Of a stretch of 64,000 bases of DNA, positions 62,883-64,000 are shown piece after piece. Positions within the stretch are counted from its first letter, which is position 1, and each line of letters begins with the position of its first letter. The translations under genes and the position numbers were made by a program. The notes under the pieces are model-generated. The model was not told the DNA's origin, made no database searches, and worked only from the letters and a program-made list of their open reading frames with translations. Source of the stretch: an uncultured Acidimicrobiales bacterium (GTDB lineage: Bacteria; Actinomycetota; Acidimicrobiia; Acidimicrobiales; SHLQ01); contig CAYMJU010000086.1 of assembly GCA_964390555.1 (NCBI GenBank), positions 7,661-71,660 on the forward strand. Direction: 5' to 3'.

Positions 62883-64000
62883 GTGACTGACAGCTCCGAA
62901 GGGTGGGACGACGTCCTGGAGGACCTGCGCCTCCGACGCGAGGTGGCCCGTTCGATGGGCGGTGACGAGCGGCTCCGCAAGCACCGGGCGGCGGGGAAGC
63001 TCGACGCCCGCGCCCGGATCGCCCACCTGCTCGACGCCGGATCCTTCCTCGAGCTAGGCACCCTCGTCGGCGGAGCCGAGGCCCCGGCCGATGCCGTCGT
63101 CATGGGGTCGGGTCGGATCGACGGCCGCCCGGTGATGGTGGCGGCCGAGGACTTCACCGTGATGGCCGGCACCATCAGCTCGGCCGCGAACGCCAAGCGC
63201 TACCGGGTGGCCGAGGTCGCGGCGGGAGATCGGGTCCCACTCGTCATGCTGCTCGAAGGGGCAGGGTTCCGGGCCGACGGGAAGACTCACACCCGGACGC
63301 CGACCGATCTCCTCGCGCAGGCGCGGTGCTCGGGGCGGGTGCCGCTCGTGACGGCGGTCCTCGGTGCGTCGGCGGGTCACGGCGCGCTCGTCGCGCCCAT
63401 GTCGGATTTCACGGTGATGAGCAGCCGCGGGTCGGTGTTCACGGCCGGCCCTCCGGTCGTCTACGAGTCGTTGGGGGAGAAGATCTCCAAGGAGGACCTC
63501 GGGGGTCCCGGGGTGGCGATCGCGAGTGGCCTCATCCACAACGTCGTCGACGACGACCAAGCCGCGCTCGACCTGATCCGCACCTACCTCGGCTACTTCC
63601 CGTCGTCAGCGTGGTCGTTCCCACTCGACGTAGACGGAGGTGACGACGGCGCCCGCCTGGTCCCCGAGATGGTGGAGATCGTGCCCCGAAACGGGCGGCG
63701 CGTGTACGACATGCGCACGGTCGTCGATGTCGTGTTCGACGCCGGCTCGACGTTCGAGGTGCAGCCCGATTTCGGACGGTCGATCATCACCTCCCTGTGT
63801 CGGCTGGGCGGCCACCCGGTCGCGGTGGTGGCGAACCAGCCTCTGGTGCTGGCCGGGTCGATCGATGCCGATGCCGCCGACAAGGGCGCACACTTCATCT
63901 CCGTGGCCGATTCGTTCCACCTGCCGTTGATCTTCCTGTCCGACAATCCGGGGGTGATGCCCGGCAGCGCTTCAGAGAAGCAGGCCATCTTGCGCAGTGG
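62883..64000 (+). CDS. Acyl-CoA carboxylase carboxyltransferase (beta) subunit, N-terminal part (continues past the window)
   Basis: This ORF is absent from the ORF track because it has no stop in the window. My own translation from GTG 62883 reads VTDSSEGWDDVLEDLRLRREVARSMGGDERLRKHRAAGKLDARARIAHLLDAGSFLELGTLVGG...GRIDGRPVMVAAEDFTVMAGTISSAANAKRYRV...VANQPLVLAGSIDADAADKGAHFISVADSFHLPLIFLSDNPGVMPG. That is the typical PccB/AccD pattern. Confidence 0.85.
   Translation, partial: MTDSSEGWDDVLEDLRLRREVARSMGGDERLRKHRAAGKLDARARIAHLLDAGSFLELGTLVGGAEAPADAVVMGSGRIDGRPVMVAAEDFTVMAGTISSAANAKRYRVAEVAAGDRVPLVMLLEGAGFRADGKTHTRTPTDLLAQARCSGRVPLVTAVLGASAGHGALVAPMSDFTVMSSRGSVFTAGPPVVYESLGEKISKEDLGGPGVAIASGLIHNVVDDDQAALDLIRTYLGYFPSSAWSFPLDVDGGDDGARLVPEMVEIVPRNGRRVYDMRTVVDVVFDAGSTFEVQPDFGRSIITSLCRLGGHPVAVVANQPLVLAGSIDADAADKGAHFISVADSFHLPLIFLSDNPGVMPGSASEKQAILRS

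Overview
High-GC, Actinomycetota-like chromosomal window. This is judged from visibly GC-rich third codon positions, frequent GTG starts, many ATGA/GTGA start-stop overlaps and mycobacteria-type gene families; nothing was computed or searched. I support about 58 protein-coding genes, packed tightly in alternating co-directional blocks. I found no rRNA, tRNA, CRISPR array, transposase or integrase. The content is overwhelmingly CoA-ester and lipid/xenobiotic-type catabolism: 5 acyl-CoA synthetases, 5 enoyl-CoA hydratases, 4 acyl-CoA dehydrogenases, 7 SDRs, 2 cytochrome P450s, 3 APH-type phosphotransferases, a tandem-fused family III CoA-transferase and a carboxyltransferase. It also holds an unusual cluster (two MmgE/PrpD proteins, a LeuC/LeuD-like dehydratase, a dienelactone hydrolase, an amidohydrolase and a Rieske ferredoxin), a TauD-cupin-TauD operon, a csoR-copA copper module, a HelD-like helicase, and TetR (x2), GntR and ParB/StrR-like regulators. 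The most interesting signals are non-coding. (1) A 90-96 bp double-hairpin repeat family has four co-oriented copies. Two copies carry mini-ORFs that end in ATGA on the start codon of the downstream gene, one copy lies in-frame inside a gene, and two copies bracket csoR-copA. (2) A TGACA-N6-TGTCA palindrome sits in three divergent promoter regions, two of them next to paralogous TetR genes, and one overlaps a near-consensus TTGACA-N18-TATTCT promoter. (3) A 44-bp module is conserved upstream of three operons. All family calls rest on motifs read from the translations and on remembered family knowledge. No database search was run.
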